DNA of 63,573 bases, counting the filler, from Octopus bimaculoides (lineage: Eukaryota), in NCBI RefSeq assembly GCF_001194135.2. It is 5 parts of 5 records of this genome, joined end to end, with 100 filler letters (N's around TTAATTAATTAA, not from the genome) between each part and the next. Parts side by side here need not be neighbours in the genome. Positions count along the whole stretch, not along the records: positions 25,584 to 53,761 come from NC_068988.1; positions 53,862 to 60,937 come from NC_068981.1; positions 61,038 to 62,440 come from NW_026412360.1; positions 62,541 to 63,573 come from NW_026369103.1; 1 more part is not named here. The stretch is one strand, 5' to 3'. The notes beneath the pieces were generated by a model that saw only the letters and a program-made list of their open reading frames with translations, made no database searches and was not told the origin of the DNA. The stretch's first letter is position 1, and every line of letters starts with the position of its first letter. The translations under genes were made by a program, and so were the position numbers. Shown here piece after piece: positions 50,131-63,260 of this stretch.

Positions 50131-53100
50131 TTTTCTTCACTTGAATGAATATACAATTTCTTCGTCTTCTTAAAAATATAAAAATGGCTGTTACAAGCCT
50201 TATCTCTCGCGGAGGGCTGAAACCCGGGCTCCGTGAAAAGCTATATCCACAGAGGAATTATTAGTCCATAGTTAATCATAGAGAATGAATTAGAACTCAG
50301 CTGCAGTGTTTCAGTCTAATTCACATTGTAGAACAGACACTGACAACATGAATATTCTACTCTCAGAAAATTAAAAACCTACCGTGTAACAACCTTGTTT
50401 CCTTGTCACTGTTAAGTTAGCATTTTTATTACATCGATATACCTTAAACCGAAAACTATCTATAAGCGCTGTGTAGTTCTCTATGAATTGATGTTTTATT
50501 GCTGATGTTGTACAGAGATTCTAATGGTTGTGATACACCGAAGAAAATAAATGGAATCTTGCTGTGAAAATGATAGACATGTTTAAAGGAAGAACAAGAT
50601 CTGAATATGTGAGCGTCATCAAAAACATGGACAATATACAATAATATTCAATAAGACTACACAAGAAAAGGTCGTAGCGTTGGGCACACACACACACACA
50701 CACATACACACACACAAAGACACAGGCACATACATACATACACATACACTGACACATCCACATACTCACACATACACACAAACACACACACATAAGACAC
50801 ATACCCGCATACATACACACAACACACGCACGCACGCACACACACATACACACACACGCAAATTCATAAGTTTATTGGTAGTTTTAGCATCACACCTCAC
50901 AGCCTCTTACCCCACAACTCCTCCGTTCACCAAAACCTCCATTATTAAAAGGTAATAAAAGTCGCCTCACTGTTTTATGGAGACTGTTCCTTGGTCGTAA
51001 ATTTGTTTCACTTCAACCCATGTGAGAGTGCTAAGTGGATGAATGAATGTCACTTTACATTTCTCTAAGAACCAAAGCCAATAACTGAAAAATCTCGCAG
51101 CTGTGCCGCAGTAGTAAGAACAAACAATATTACAATTCCAGGAGATGTTGCACATGAAAACAGTCTTCGAAAATTTTGCTTACTACTCCCGTACCTTCAG
51201 GATGCAAAGATTTGCGCTGCACATCGTGTAGATTTTAAGCAGCCCTAGCTATCCAGTTACAGTAGCTAATGGAGTTTCTTTCCAAGAGGCTTTCTACCAA
51301 CGTTGCAGAATCCTTCTTCCGACAATTCCAAAACCAAGACGATTCTATTAACAGCACTCTTGTAGAAAGCACTTCCACTTTTGCTTCTTGTATCGTCTAG
51401 AACATGCCAGTACTCGTAGAAAAATAAGAAGACGCTTCAAGAAGTAATCAAGGAAATATCAATAATTTATTTTCTGTGATTACTTCAACTTTACACACGC
51501 TTATACAGACAAATGAGACAGGGGGGGAATAAAAATCGAAATAGGTAGATCGATGCATAAGTATGTCTTGGATTTACCTGTCCGTGGGACGTAGGCGTCT
51601 TTGTATAAGCAACTCAAAATGCTCAAATGGTCTGGATGTCGATCTTTTACTAAACACAAAATTAACAAAATAAATTGGAATATTAGCAATCCGAATATGC
51701 TTGATGCACGTTCGACCCCCTCCGTAAAATAAATTGTGTTGGACTCATTGTTTTTAGTAGAAAACATACGCACACAGACACACGCAAACACACATACAAC
51801 CATACATCCACAGACAGCCATACACACACACATAGACACAAACATGCATACATACACACATACATGACTGCAGGAAAATGGAAAATATTTAGGAACGATT
51901 AACCTTTTCTTGGAACCTTACGTAAGTTATTAAATACTTGACAAGAATTTCAGTTTTTTCCCTCAATACGTTTCATTACAAATCCTAATTAGCATCACTG
52001 TCTGAGTAAATTAATTAATACGTACGTTGATAAATACATATGGTTGCATTATGATCCCTTTTCCCTGAGAGACCTCGATGGTTATATAATGTAACTTCCA
52101 ACATTCTCACCATCCTCATCTTCATCCTCATCAACGTCTGCGATGCCCAAATTATCGAATCCATCCATTTATTTTCTCGCCGTCTAATTCTAATTATCAC
52201 TTTCTGCCGTGGTGACTAGATATGCTACAAGTAGCTACCAATTTCTCCCTTAAATCACGAGGGTCAGATCGGATTTTATCGTCCTGGGGTACTGTCTGTG
52301 TGACTAGATAACCTTTGAACTTAGGACAGTTTGATCAGGGCCGTACTGGGGTTATACAACAACAACCTCAGTTGATACCAAAACTCTACAAACAATTCAC
52401 GTATTTCATATTCAGTGTTGCTGCTCTGCTTAATAGTTCTATACAGTTGCGACCTCAAGGAAACCGACAGAAAACTAAAGCAGTTCTAACATTTCTTATA
52501 GAGCTGAAAACCTTTGACACGCTGTATCTTAGTTTTAATTCACAAATTATTACACTTGTGTGCAGTTTAAAATTTAAACAAAATAAAAATGAAATTGCTC
52601 TATTAATCTATTTCGCAATTACTTTCAACATGTTGCATGAATTTACAACTGTGTAAACAAATGTACTAGGGACATCTATTTTTTTAGTTGATTATTACCA
52701 CTGCTTTCCTTCTAAATTTAAATGAAATAAAATTTAATTTAATTCCAGACAGATTTTTAAAGGTTGATTTTATTATATAAATATTAAAGTAACAAATATC
52801 CAGTTTCAGCTGTTTATATTACAAAGAAGCCGTTTCATACATGTATATTGGGTATTTTAAAATTACATATTCTAGCAGAAAAGGTCGCCTTCCGGACGGT
52901 TTTCTGCTAGTCACTAAATATTTACACATCTGATTCTTAATTTGCATAATTTTTCTGATATGCTATGTCTAGCCTTCCTTTGAATCCTTTATTGGCCTAA
53001 AAATGCTCAATCGCTCAGCTTTCCTTATTTTATCACACCCTTAATCTTTTGCTTTTAAACAAACTCAGAGGTAGTCCACCTGGCCGTTCAATATGCTAGA

Positions 53101-54489
53101 AATAGTAGGGATCATGTGGATATATTTTAAACCAACAAATTCATCTGCGATTTTTGTTTTCGCATTAGGCCGGTATAACGATTTCAGGTACGTCTCTCCC
53201 ATTCAGCTGATCTTCCTGTAACTTAAAATGCTGTCCCAAATCTTCGCCGCATTTATGACAAATAGAGTGTATTCAACGTGTTTGAATCACAGAGAAAGAG
53301 TTTCAGGCTTCCAAGCTGTTGGTTAAAGTTGAAGTGGCACGGAAAGGGTACAAATATATTTTTTGAATGATAATTGCGTATGAATATATTTTGTTTTGTA
53401 TTTCGATCCCTTGTTTGTTATTAAAAAAGTTATTTAAAAAAACTTGCAGACTCAGAATCTCTGATGTTCAAAGTGTTTTTTTAATGGCATTATGAAAATG
53501 TTAGAGACTGGAAAACAAAATCATATCGAGAAACTTGCTGTTGTTTCTAACTTATTTCTTTTCCATCACCTTATGTATTTATACTGAAATATTAATCCTA
53601 AAATGTATTAATAACCTAAGCTTTATTGACACAGAACTACAGCTGTATAGAGATGGGAAATGATATTTTGTATTCCCGTTAATCGTATGGACGGCGATAC
53701 CACGAACGCTGGAGGTTTCAGCAAAGGAATTAACAATTGGAAATATATGAAAAGAGAGAGANNNNNNNNNNNNNNNNNNNNNNNNNNNNNNNNNNNNNNN
53801 NNNNNTTAATTAATTAANNNNNNNNNNNNNNNNNNNNNNNNNNNNNNNNNNNNNNNNNNNNTATATATATATACATATACATATATATTCATACATCCAT
53901 CTATACATACACAGACACACATACATGCACGCAAAAACACACATACACGCACAAACATATGCCTTCGAAATTTACCCGTTATGTCCCTAGTTGGCCAGCT
54001 TTCTATATTTAAAGCTCCTGTATCGATGTCATTACTGATTTGAGATGCCACTACGTTTTATTGATTGCAGACTAATACAGTTCACTTTGACGTCGACTTT
54101 CATTCTATTCAGGATAATGACATGTAATTTCAATTTTTGGGCAGAATTAGAAAGCTATGACGCTCGCAAAATACTGGAATACATCTCCAAAACTTTACGG
54201 TTGATAATCCGATAATTCTGTTGATAGGATATTTCTGACTGATACTTCTCTGTACAGATAAATAGCTTATGTTAATTTGGTGGAACTTGAAGTGAGATTT
54301 CACAGAGCCGGAACATATGTCACAAGCCGTGCTATCCGATGCCCTACCGGATCTCACAAGTTACTGTGAATATGCACGCGAGTATTATGAATATACTTAC
54401 ATATGTGTGTGAGTGAATATGTATGTGCGTATGCGTGTAAAGATTATACACATACACATAAACGTATATATGTATGTATATATATATAT

Positions 54490-54882
54490 ATGTATAACCT
54501 CATTTATGTCCTTACTTGCGCAGGTTGCCAAAACTTCTATATCGGACAGACGAGCCTCCCATTACGTAGAAGAGTAGCTGTCCATAAGGAACAAATAAAC
54601 CTCCCTCAATACCACCAAATTCCACTCAGTGGCCACATAGACTCTTGCGCCAGAAACAAAAACCCTAAATTCATTATATTCCCTTTCTATCAATGTAAAG
54701 ACAGAATCTCCACACAAGAAAGAATCAACAAGGAGAATCTTTTCATAGAGAAATTCCAACCGTTTCTTAACACACACACCCCTCAGTGACCTTATGTCTC
54801 TATGAACAGACACAAACTTCCTGTTGGGAAAAAAAGAGTTCATAACTAACTAAAAACACTTGTCTCCCCTTACACACACTTC
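54490..54882 (+). mobile_element. Penelope-like element 3' end: GIY-YIG endonuclease domain
   Basis: NLIYVLTCAGCQNFYIGQTSLPLRRRVAVH...H...ERINKENLFIEKFQPFLN*: (G/L)IY-C..C-YIGQT, R...H, and E...I....P.LN motifs in one intact frame (54490-54789). Confidence 0.9.
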
Positions 54883-56294
54883 NNNNNNNNNNNNNNNNNN
54901 NNNNNNNNNNNNNNNNNNNNNNNNNNNNNNNNNNNNNNNNNNNNNNNNNNNNNNNNNNNNNNNNNNNNNNNNNNNNNNNNNNNNNNNNNNNNNNNNNNNN
55001 NNNNNNNNNNNNNNNNNNNNNNNNNNNNNNNNNNNNNNNNNNNNNNNNNNNNNNNNNNNNNNNNNNNNNNNNNNNNNNNNNNNNNNNNNNNNNNNNNNNN
55101 NNNNNNNNNNNNNNNNNNNNNNNNNNNNNNNNNNNNNNNNNNNNNNNNNNNNNNNNNNNNNNNNNNNNNNNNNNNNNNNNNNNNNNNNNNNNNNNNNNNN
55201 NNNNNNNNNNNNNNNNNNNNNNNNNNNNNNNNNNNNNNNNNNNNNNNNNNNNNNNNNNNNNNNNNNNNNNNNNNNNNNNNNNNNNNNNNNNNNNNNNNNN
55301 NNNNNNNNNNNNNNNNNNNNNNNNNNNNNNNNNNNNNNNNNNNNNNNNNNNNNNNNNNNNNNNNNNNNNNNNNNNNNNNNNNNNNNNNNNNNNNNNNNNN
55401 NNNNNNNNNNNNNNNNNNNNNNNNNNNNNNNNNNNNNNNNNNNNNNNNNNNNNNNNNNNNNNNNNNNNNNNNNNNNNNNNNNNNNNNNNNNNNNNNNNNN
55501 NNNNNNNNNNNNNNNNNNNNNNNNNNNNNNNNNNNNNNNNNNNNNNNNNNNNNNNTGTGTGAGTGAATATGTATGTGCGTATGCGTGTAAAGATTATACA
55601 CATACACATAAACGTATATATGTATGTATATATATAACGAAGTAGTTGGGCATCAGATTTCTTTACTTATTTATCCCTAAATGCTTGTCGCTTCTATTCG
55701 CCCTATAAAGCCTAATCCCAGTAGAATTACCCAAACAATTTGATGACCTAGTTTTCTTATAATCCCACATTAACCAATTCCCTTCGTATCGTTTGGTAGT
55801 TTGCTTGTTGTGGCTCTGAGAAAGATGCCTTAGGCTGGCGGTTCCTTTTGTTTTTAATCGATCGATCGATTGATATGTTTGAACCATGAAACCAACTAAA
55901 CACACATCCGAAACAGCGATAAGCCTCTAATAAATATATAAATAGGTAATCCTTGATATATGTCTATGATATGATACACACATACATGCACACACACACA
56001 CACACATACATCACACACACACACACACACACACACACAACGCGCGCACACACACACATACACACACACATATATGTATGCGTGTATATGTATCTGTCTG
56101 TCTACGCGCATATTCACAGACAGAAGGTGGGAGAAGGAAAGGGAGAAGGAAAGGGTGATGTATTAAAAGTAAGTCAAAATCCTTATCTTAATATATTTCT
56201 CGGTTGCTGAATCCTAAACGCAGCACCTTTCAATAATGAAATCTACATATTACACATTGATAGACAGATGGATATACATACATATAAATGCGTA

Positions 56295-56365
<71 letters not shown>

Positions 56366-56369
<4 letters not shown>

Positions 56370-56655
56370 CTTGATGCATTCATGGAAGAGCAATCTTAGA
56401 CATTTAAGAGCATACAAAATCTGTTATATTAATCATTCGCCTATTTCTCGAGGTGTCAAGTTTTCGTCACATATATGCGACATTTTCACGATACAATTCC
56501 ACTGCAACTAAGCGGAATTGTATCGTGACCAAGTTGCAGATGTACTCCAAAAATTTGACACCTCAAAATCTAAACCAAAAACGAATATAACAGATTTTAT
56601 GCTTTCTTAAATGACTCAAATGTTTCTTCGACGATGTAATTGCATCAATGTCGAT
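56366..56655. mobile_element. foldback / palindromic MITE-like element
   Basis: Nested inverted repeats across the whole element, with a central perfect 14-bp stem CACGATACAATTCC/GGAATTGTATCGTG (56487-56527); abuts (TA)n. Confidence 0.75.
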
Positions 56656-57539
56656 ACTGACTTTGATATGGTTCGCACAACTGTCGGATTTTCTAATGTG
56701 AAACATGTTTTACACAATGTTAGTTATATTGCCTACATATATCCTTAATTGATAGACCTCAAATCCAAACTATACACGTAATTTTAATAGTTTATTTATA
56801 TGGAAATATTTAAAACATATCTAACATAGCCTTGTCTTTGGTAAATAGCAATATCTTGTTTATAATTTGAAGTTCTATATCTTTTTTTAGTTTTGAGAAG
56901 TCACCTACAGTTGGCCCGAATAGTAGTTTTAGGAAGAGTTAAATGTTTGATCTTTAGTGAAGAACTTTGTAATCTCCCTTCTATAATGCAAAATCGGTTC
57001 TATAGTTGCCGTTTTTTAGTGCAGGGTCCCTGCTAAGTCACTAGGATTTTGATCAAAGTTTCTTCAACCATAACTCATTTAACTTTTTTTTATTGGTGTT
57101 TTTTCGGGAATATGCCCAATATGTTCTACCTTTATTAAAACAGTAAGAGGTGCTTTCTAAGACGTTTAGTTATTTCTGCAGGTGAAACTATTTCGTCCAG
57201 AAAGTCAAGATACGAATGACTTTTACATCCGCCGCCAACACATGATATATATAAAGTAGTATATATTCATTATATTGTTACAGAAAAAAGAGTAGCAGTC
57301 ATCCCTTTTCTTGTGAAAGTAAACTACATATGTACTCTACAAAAAGTATTGGGTAACCCTTCAGCTTAAAGTGTTTTTTACAACTCAAACATAAAAGCAA
57401 CCATTAATATGTGTGGATATATGTATATATATATGTGTGTATGTGTGTGTGTGTGTGAGTGTGTGTTAGTGAGTGTGTGCGTGTATACTTGTATGTGTGT
57501 GTGTGTGTGTCTGTATACTTGTATGTGTGTGTGTCTATA

Positions 57540-57705
57540 AAGACCCCCTTCGATCACCATGGGATTGCACCTAGAAAGTTACCCTCTGAGGCACAAGTCC
57601 GGTCAAGATTGTTTTTTTATGGAAGACCAGAAGTTGCCCATGCATTCCAGCCTCCCCTCTCCACGCTACCGACGTTGTCCAATGGAAAGGCAAGGACCGA
57701 TACAT
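57540..57705. mobile_element. interspersed repeat / SINE 3' part (family F)
   Basis: accatgggattgcacctagaaagttaccctc.gaggcacaagtcc; recalled as an octopus-type repeat, with no second copy in the window. Confidence 0.4.
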
Positions 57706-58862
57706 CTTCACACATTATTACATTGGTGCGTGTGCACTATATTACATTTGCGCGTGTGCATTTGTGAGAATATATAATTGTATGAGAGTATGAGTTGATA
57801 ATAGAGGTGGGCATAAACAAAGACTCGTAGAGAGAACGGGGGATAGAGAAAGCCAGTGAAAGAGAGAGACAGATGGACAGACGGACAGACAAACAGACAG
57901 AAACAAACTAGGAGAACAACCTACGAAGTTGTGACAAAAATTGATCCGAACTAGGAAAATGCCAAAGGAAGAGTATAGGAGTGCATAAAATGAAGAAAAT
58001 AATAAAAGCTCATAAAATGGAAAAGGCAAATAGACATTTATATACACCAGTGAAACATACTATTTTACTACACAAAATAAACACAACGTGGGACCAATAT
58101 TAAATATACTCGCTCCGGTGTCGGGATTGCCATTTTATATGAAGGAATACCGCCCTAACATATAATTTAATACAAATACCCTTATATCACACTACCCATA
58201 ACAACAATGTATGTATGTATATATGTATGTATGTAAGCAGGGGAATCTATTGCAACATCTGTAAATGTCAAACAGATTTCTTTTGTACATTCATTTCGAC
58301 AAATCTAACTTTACGAAATGACGTAAAGTTTTCAGCCTGGAAAATTCCTGTTGTTCACTTTCATTCTTATATTTCAGAATTAAGGGGATTCGTTGAATGC
58401 CGTAAATCTTAGTAATAAAGATACTCATGCACAAATATAAGCATTCATCGCGCGCGCGAACATACATATACACACACACACTTATATTTATGCATACATA
58501 TACATATATATATACATGTGCGTGTTTGTGTGTGTGTGCGTGTGATATGTAATAAAGGGGACTGTCAGAGCTGTTACGGCGTTTCTTAATATAAGCTATG
58601 ATATTAGTCTTCGTCTGTGCGTCATGACTTCAAATCNNNNNNNNNNNNNNNNNNNNNNNNNNNNNNNNNNNNNNNNNNNNNNNNNNNNNNNNNNNNNNNN
58701 NNNNNNNNNNNNNNNNNNNNNNNNNNNNNNNNNNNNNNNNNNNNNNNNNNNNNNNNNNNNNNNNNNNNNNNNNNNNNNNNNNNNNNNNNNNNNNNNNNNN
58801 NNNNNNNNNNNNNNNNNNNNNNNNNNNNNNNNNNNNNNNNNNNNNNNNNNNNNNNNNNNNNN

Positions 58863-58898
<36 letters not shown>

Positions 58899-58918
58899 CG
58901 TGTGTGTGTGTGTGTTTA

Positions 58919-58951
<33 letters not shown>

Positions 58952-59582
58952 ACATATATATATAAATATATATGTAGGTCTGTGTGTATATACGTATACA
59001 TACACATGTGTACATACACATATATATATACATGTGCGTGTTTGTGTGTGTGTGCGTGTGATATGTAATAAAGGGGACTGTCAGAGCTGTTACGGCGTTT
59101 CTTAATATAAGCTATGATATTAGTCTTCGTCTGTGCGTCATGACTTCAAATCCTACAGAACCCAACAAATTTTCATCATTCAGGATCGGCATATAAAGGG
59201 GTCGATAAAATAAGTGCCAGTAGAGCACTAGATCAACGTTCTTGGCCTACCCACTACCCCTGTAATTGCTGGCCTTGTGCCAACATTTGAAACCGATATT
59301 ACACTGCATAATGTCTAGAGCTTTCAAAAACATGACTTCGCTCGTGATTATATGGACAACAAACGCCATTTCTCAGACCATCTCGTACACTGGCACCAAT
59401 GCATCCTCTGCTGCAAGTGAGCGCCGTATACATTATCCTTTAACGACAATAATGTTAATAGTAACATCGAAGCTTTGGTTAATTTGAGGAAAGCTGAGCC
59501 AGTCGAAACTTTGAAGTCGACAGTTTAATGTACATGTTTTATTATGACTCGACATAAAACAAATATATATATATATATATAT

Positions 59583-59930
59583 AGGAGTGGCTATGTGGTA
59601 AGTACCTTGCTTACCAACCACATGGTTCCGGTTCAGTCCCACTGTGTGGCACCTTGGGCGAGTGTGTTCTACTATAGCCTTGGACTGACCAAAGCCTTGT
59701 GAGCGGATTTGGTAGACGGAAACTGAAAGAGGCTTGTCGTATATATGTATATATATGTGTGTGTGTGTGTGCGTGTGTGTCTGTGTTTGTCCCCCCAACA
59801 ACGCTTGACAACCGATGCTGGTATGTTTACGTCTCCGTAACAAGTCCTGGGTCGAATTGCTCGACTAAAGGCGGTGCTCCAGCATGGCCACAGTCAAATG
59901 ACTGAAACAAGTAAAAGAGTAAAAGAGTAT
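59583..59930 (+). mobile_element. tRNA-derived SINE (family A)
   Basis: aggagtggctatgtggtaagtaccttgcttaccaaccacatggttccggttcagtccc...gactgaaacaagtaaaagagtaaaagag. Confidence 0.88.
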
Positions 59931-60143
59931 ACATATATATATACGTATATGTGTATATATATATACATATGCAGATATAAATACGTATATGTACATACTT
60001 ACATCTATACGTATTATACATATATATATANNNNNNNNNNNNNNNNNNNNNNNNNNNNNNNNNNNNNNNNNNNNNNNNNNNNNNNNNNNNNNNNNNNNNN
60101 NNNNNNNNNNNNNNNNNNNNNNNNNNNNNNNNNNNNNNNNNNA

Positions 60144-60245
<102 letters not shown>

Positions 60246-61044
60246 TAGATATGTATATATATATATGCATATGTGGGCACAGGACGTCACGAAACATGTA
60301 CCACAAAAAAATACGAAGTACGAGTCCATGGAATATGAACGAACAAAGAAAGACACAATTGGAAAACAATACAAACAATACAAAGAACAATCTTCCATCA
60401 GTTGTTGGCTGTATTTCTACTCTCGTATTTCGAGCACTTAACAATATACGCTTTCGATAAAACAATTGTCCCGCAAAGCAAATTAAATAAAATTTGGGAT
60501 TTTGCGGAGGGTCATAATTGGTAACACAACCAGAATAGTGAAGACAAACAGGAAGGTCCGCTAAGCCAAAACGAGGTTGTGGAGGCGAACGCGTAAATCA
60601 AGCTTGGGCAGGAGACAGACAAGAACACGTCTTTCTTGTTCCAGCTACAACGGAGAGAAAGAAATAAACACAAGTTAGGAGAAAAAAGAAAGATGGCCGA
60701 TGGTCACGTGGGGGCCATGTGAGTAAGGGAGGAGGAGTGAGGGAGAAAGAGTGACAGAGTAATAGGATAGAATAGTGGGAGAAGAGAAGATAAAAGAATA
60801 AAGAGAAAAAGAGAGAAAAACAAAAGAGTAAAAAGATCATATAGAGTGCGCATCAGAATTATTAAGATAAAACTTACTTGGAAGAGGATGCGTGGCGTTC
60901 AATCATATAATAATATAAATTATATATATATATATATNNNNNNNNNNNNNNNNNNNNNNNNNNNNNNNNNNNNNNNNNNNNTTAATTAATTAANNNNNNN
61001 NNNNNNNNNNNNNNNNNNNNNNNNNNNNNNNNNNNNNATTGTCC

Positions 61045-61182
61045 TATGACTGTGATATGTATGGAAAGAAATTTTCTCAAAAGGGTGGCCTCAACACTCA
61101 AACAATTATTCATTGAGGATAGAAGCTATTTAAATGTGATGTCTGTGATAATTCATTCTCTGGAAAGTGACACTTAGACACA
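61045..61182 (+). pseudogene. C2H2 zinc-finger array pseudogene fragment
   Basis: YDCDMYGKKFSQKGGLNTQTIIH*G*KLFKCDVCDNSFSGK*HL: two decayed Kruppel fingers, with the TGEKP linker degraded to *G*KL and three in-frame stops. Confidence 0.75.
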
Positions 61183-61985
61183 GGGATATGGTTTACTGCT
61201 AAGATTCCTGGATCAAAAATATAAACACCTATCTATAATTGCAAATGTATTCACACACTAAAGGAGATATCAGACAGTTTGATAACAACCTCCCAGAACT
61301 TAGCTTTATTTGTCCTCAAATGCATCTACATTTTTCACACAACTTACTACTGTGATATTTTTCAATAAAAGTAATTATTTCCAAATTTTGACTTTATCTT
61401 GCAGGAATATTGATCTCAAAGCTATTGTTGTATTCTGGTAGAAGCATAATTAATAAAGTCTATGAACACATTGATCTATATTTCTTTTTTGCCTGAAAGC
61501 AGTTGATATTTGTTTTTGTCCCCAGAAATAACTTTGATTCACCATTCTGTAGTTTTCTCAACGTTGCAGTGAAAGATATATTTGGAAGAGAAGCATTAAC
61601 TGCTTCAGAGAATGTAGTGAAATATAGACAAGTAACAATCAGTCAGGGTCCTTATAGTCTTTATTCATTATGGGCAAATTGAACTGACATGAGCCATTTT
61701 GTTGATGTGTTGAATGCCCTCTTGTCCACATCTATGCACAGGCGAGGCTTTAGCCACGTCTACAGGTGCTAATTGGTACAGCTTTATTAGCCTTAAAACG
61801 GTGTTAATCCTCTGGTGTNNNNNNNNNNNNNNNNNNNNNNNNNNNNNNNNNNNNNNNNNNNNNNNNNNNNNNNNNNNNNNNNTGTTTACATCTTTAGATT
61901 TGGGGACTATTTCATACAGGCCCAACTGGAAACCAAATCAAAAGATGTCGTATAGTAATGCAGTCTCATTCTGCTATCCAGTTAT

Positions 61986-62040
61986 GTTTAACAACCTGAT
62001 GAAGGGTGTCACGAAGAGGATATCGAAACCGTCCTTAAAT
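61986..62040 (+). ncRNA. minimal hammerhead-like motif
   Basis: CTGATGA-AG-GGTGTC[ACGAAGAG]GATATC-GAAA-CCGT-C. 6-bp stem II, GUC triplet, weak stem I (TTTAA/TTAAA), followed by AATAAA. Confidence 0.5.
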
Positions 62041-62540
62041 AAAGCTACATTTGTTACTGCAAACCGCCCCCTTTTCGAATGGAGTTTTGGCAGCCAGAAT
62101 GTTTAAGGTGTGTTTCTCCTTTATGTTCCGACCTACTACACTAAGTCCGTTGCTTTGCTCCAGCCTTCTCATTCTTTGCCAAAACATCGTTGAGATGGAT
62201 CTTCGTTAGATTAATTTGTAAGTATTGTTGGCAACCCTATAGGTCTGGAGTTAAGGATCTCATTCATGTTTGTAAGTGTGAAAAAAACAAAAAAAATCTT
62301 TATATTCACACTCCCTGCATGTTCAGACACACGATGCTCATGTAGGAGTGAACAATGCCTTGTACAGGGGTCGATACAAGTCCAAGGCCGCTGTCTCCGA
62401 AGGGATTGTAGGGATATCACCAGCAGCACAGACACAAGGANNNNNNNNNNNNNNNNNNNNNNNNNNNNNNNNNNNNNNNNNNNNTTAATTAATTAANNNN
62501 NNNNNNNNNNNNNNNNNNNNNNNNNNNNNNNNNNNNNNNN

Positions 62541-63260
62541 ATATACACGCATACACGTACATATGCACATACATGCACCCACATATGCATACACATATAT
62601 GAGTGAGCATACGTATATATCACGGCTAAGGTATATACATATATATATATATGCACGTTTCCCCATACACATACACCGATGTGCATGTATGTTTCAGCAT
62701 ACATGCATACATAAACACACGCTCGTATCCACGAACATATACATATATATATATATTTATATTTTCACTCACACATATGCATTTATTTGCACACATATGC
62801 ATTTATTTGCACACATACGCAGGTATACATGTATATATTCATTTGCACTCATGTTTGCATACATTTGCCCGTATACACATACGTATACATATATGTGCAT
62901 ACATGTAGGCATACGCATACACTCATACACATGTCACCACACATATATATATATATNNNNNNNNNNTATATATATATATACACATGCATATATATGCTTA
63001 CATATACATGCATACATATATACGCGTATATACATATATACACATGCATATATGCATACATGCACTCACGTACATCTAGACACATACACTTTCATATGTA
63101 TACACATATACACACTTCCATAATCACACACTTATATGTATATCTGCTCACTCACGTGTATGCGCTCGTACCCACACATGCATGTATGCACATATATACA
63201 TATAAAGACTTATGCTCATAAGCGTATACACCCAGACATGTATACGTCTATTCTTATACA
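62541..63260. repeat. degenerate (CA/TA)n microsatellite field
   Basis: Direct inspection. Confidence 0.85.

Noticed and set aside
57181-57256. Possible terminal exon after ttatttctgcAG (VKLFRPESQDTNDFYIRRQH...*)
   Set aside because: No recognisable homology and no partner exons; single splice-like sites are common by chance.
58504-59152. ~130-bp direct repeat (58504-58636 = 59020-59152)
   Set aside because: The copies are identical and the first ends exactly at a gap, so this is an unmerged contig overlap. The same pattern occurs at 5361-5483/6376-6499 and ~47080-47110/47450-47480.
60390-60445. GAAA-TAC-GAGA-GTA followed later by CTGATGG (minus strand), a possible permuted hammerhead
   Set aside because: U16.1 and A9 are missing and no stem I or II pairing was found; at most a decayed repeat.
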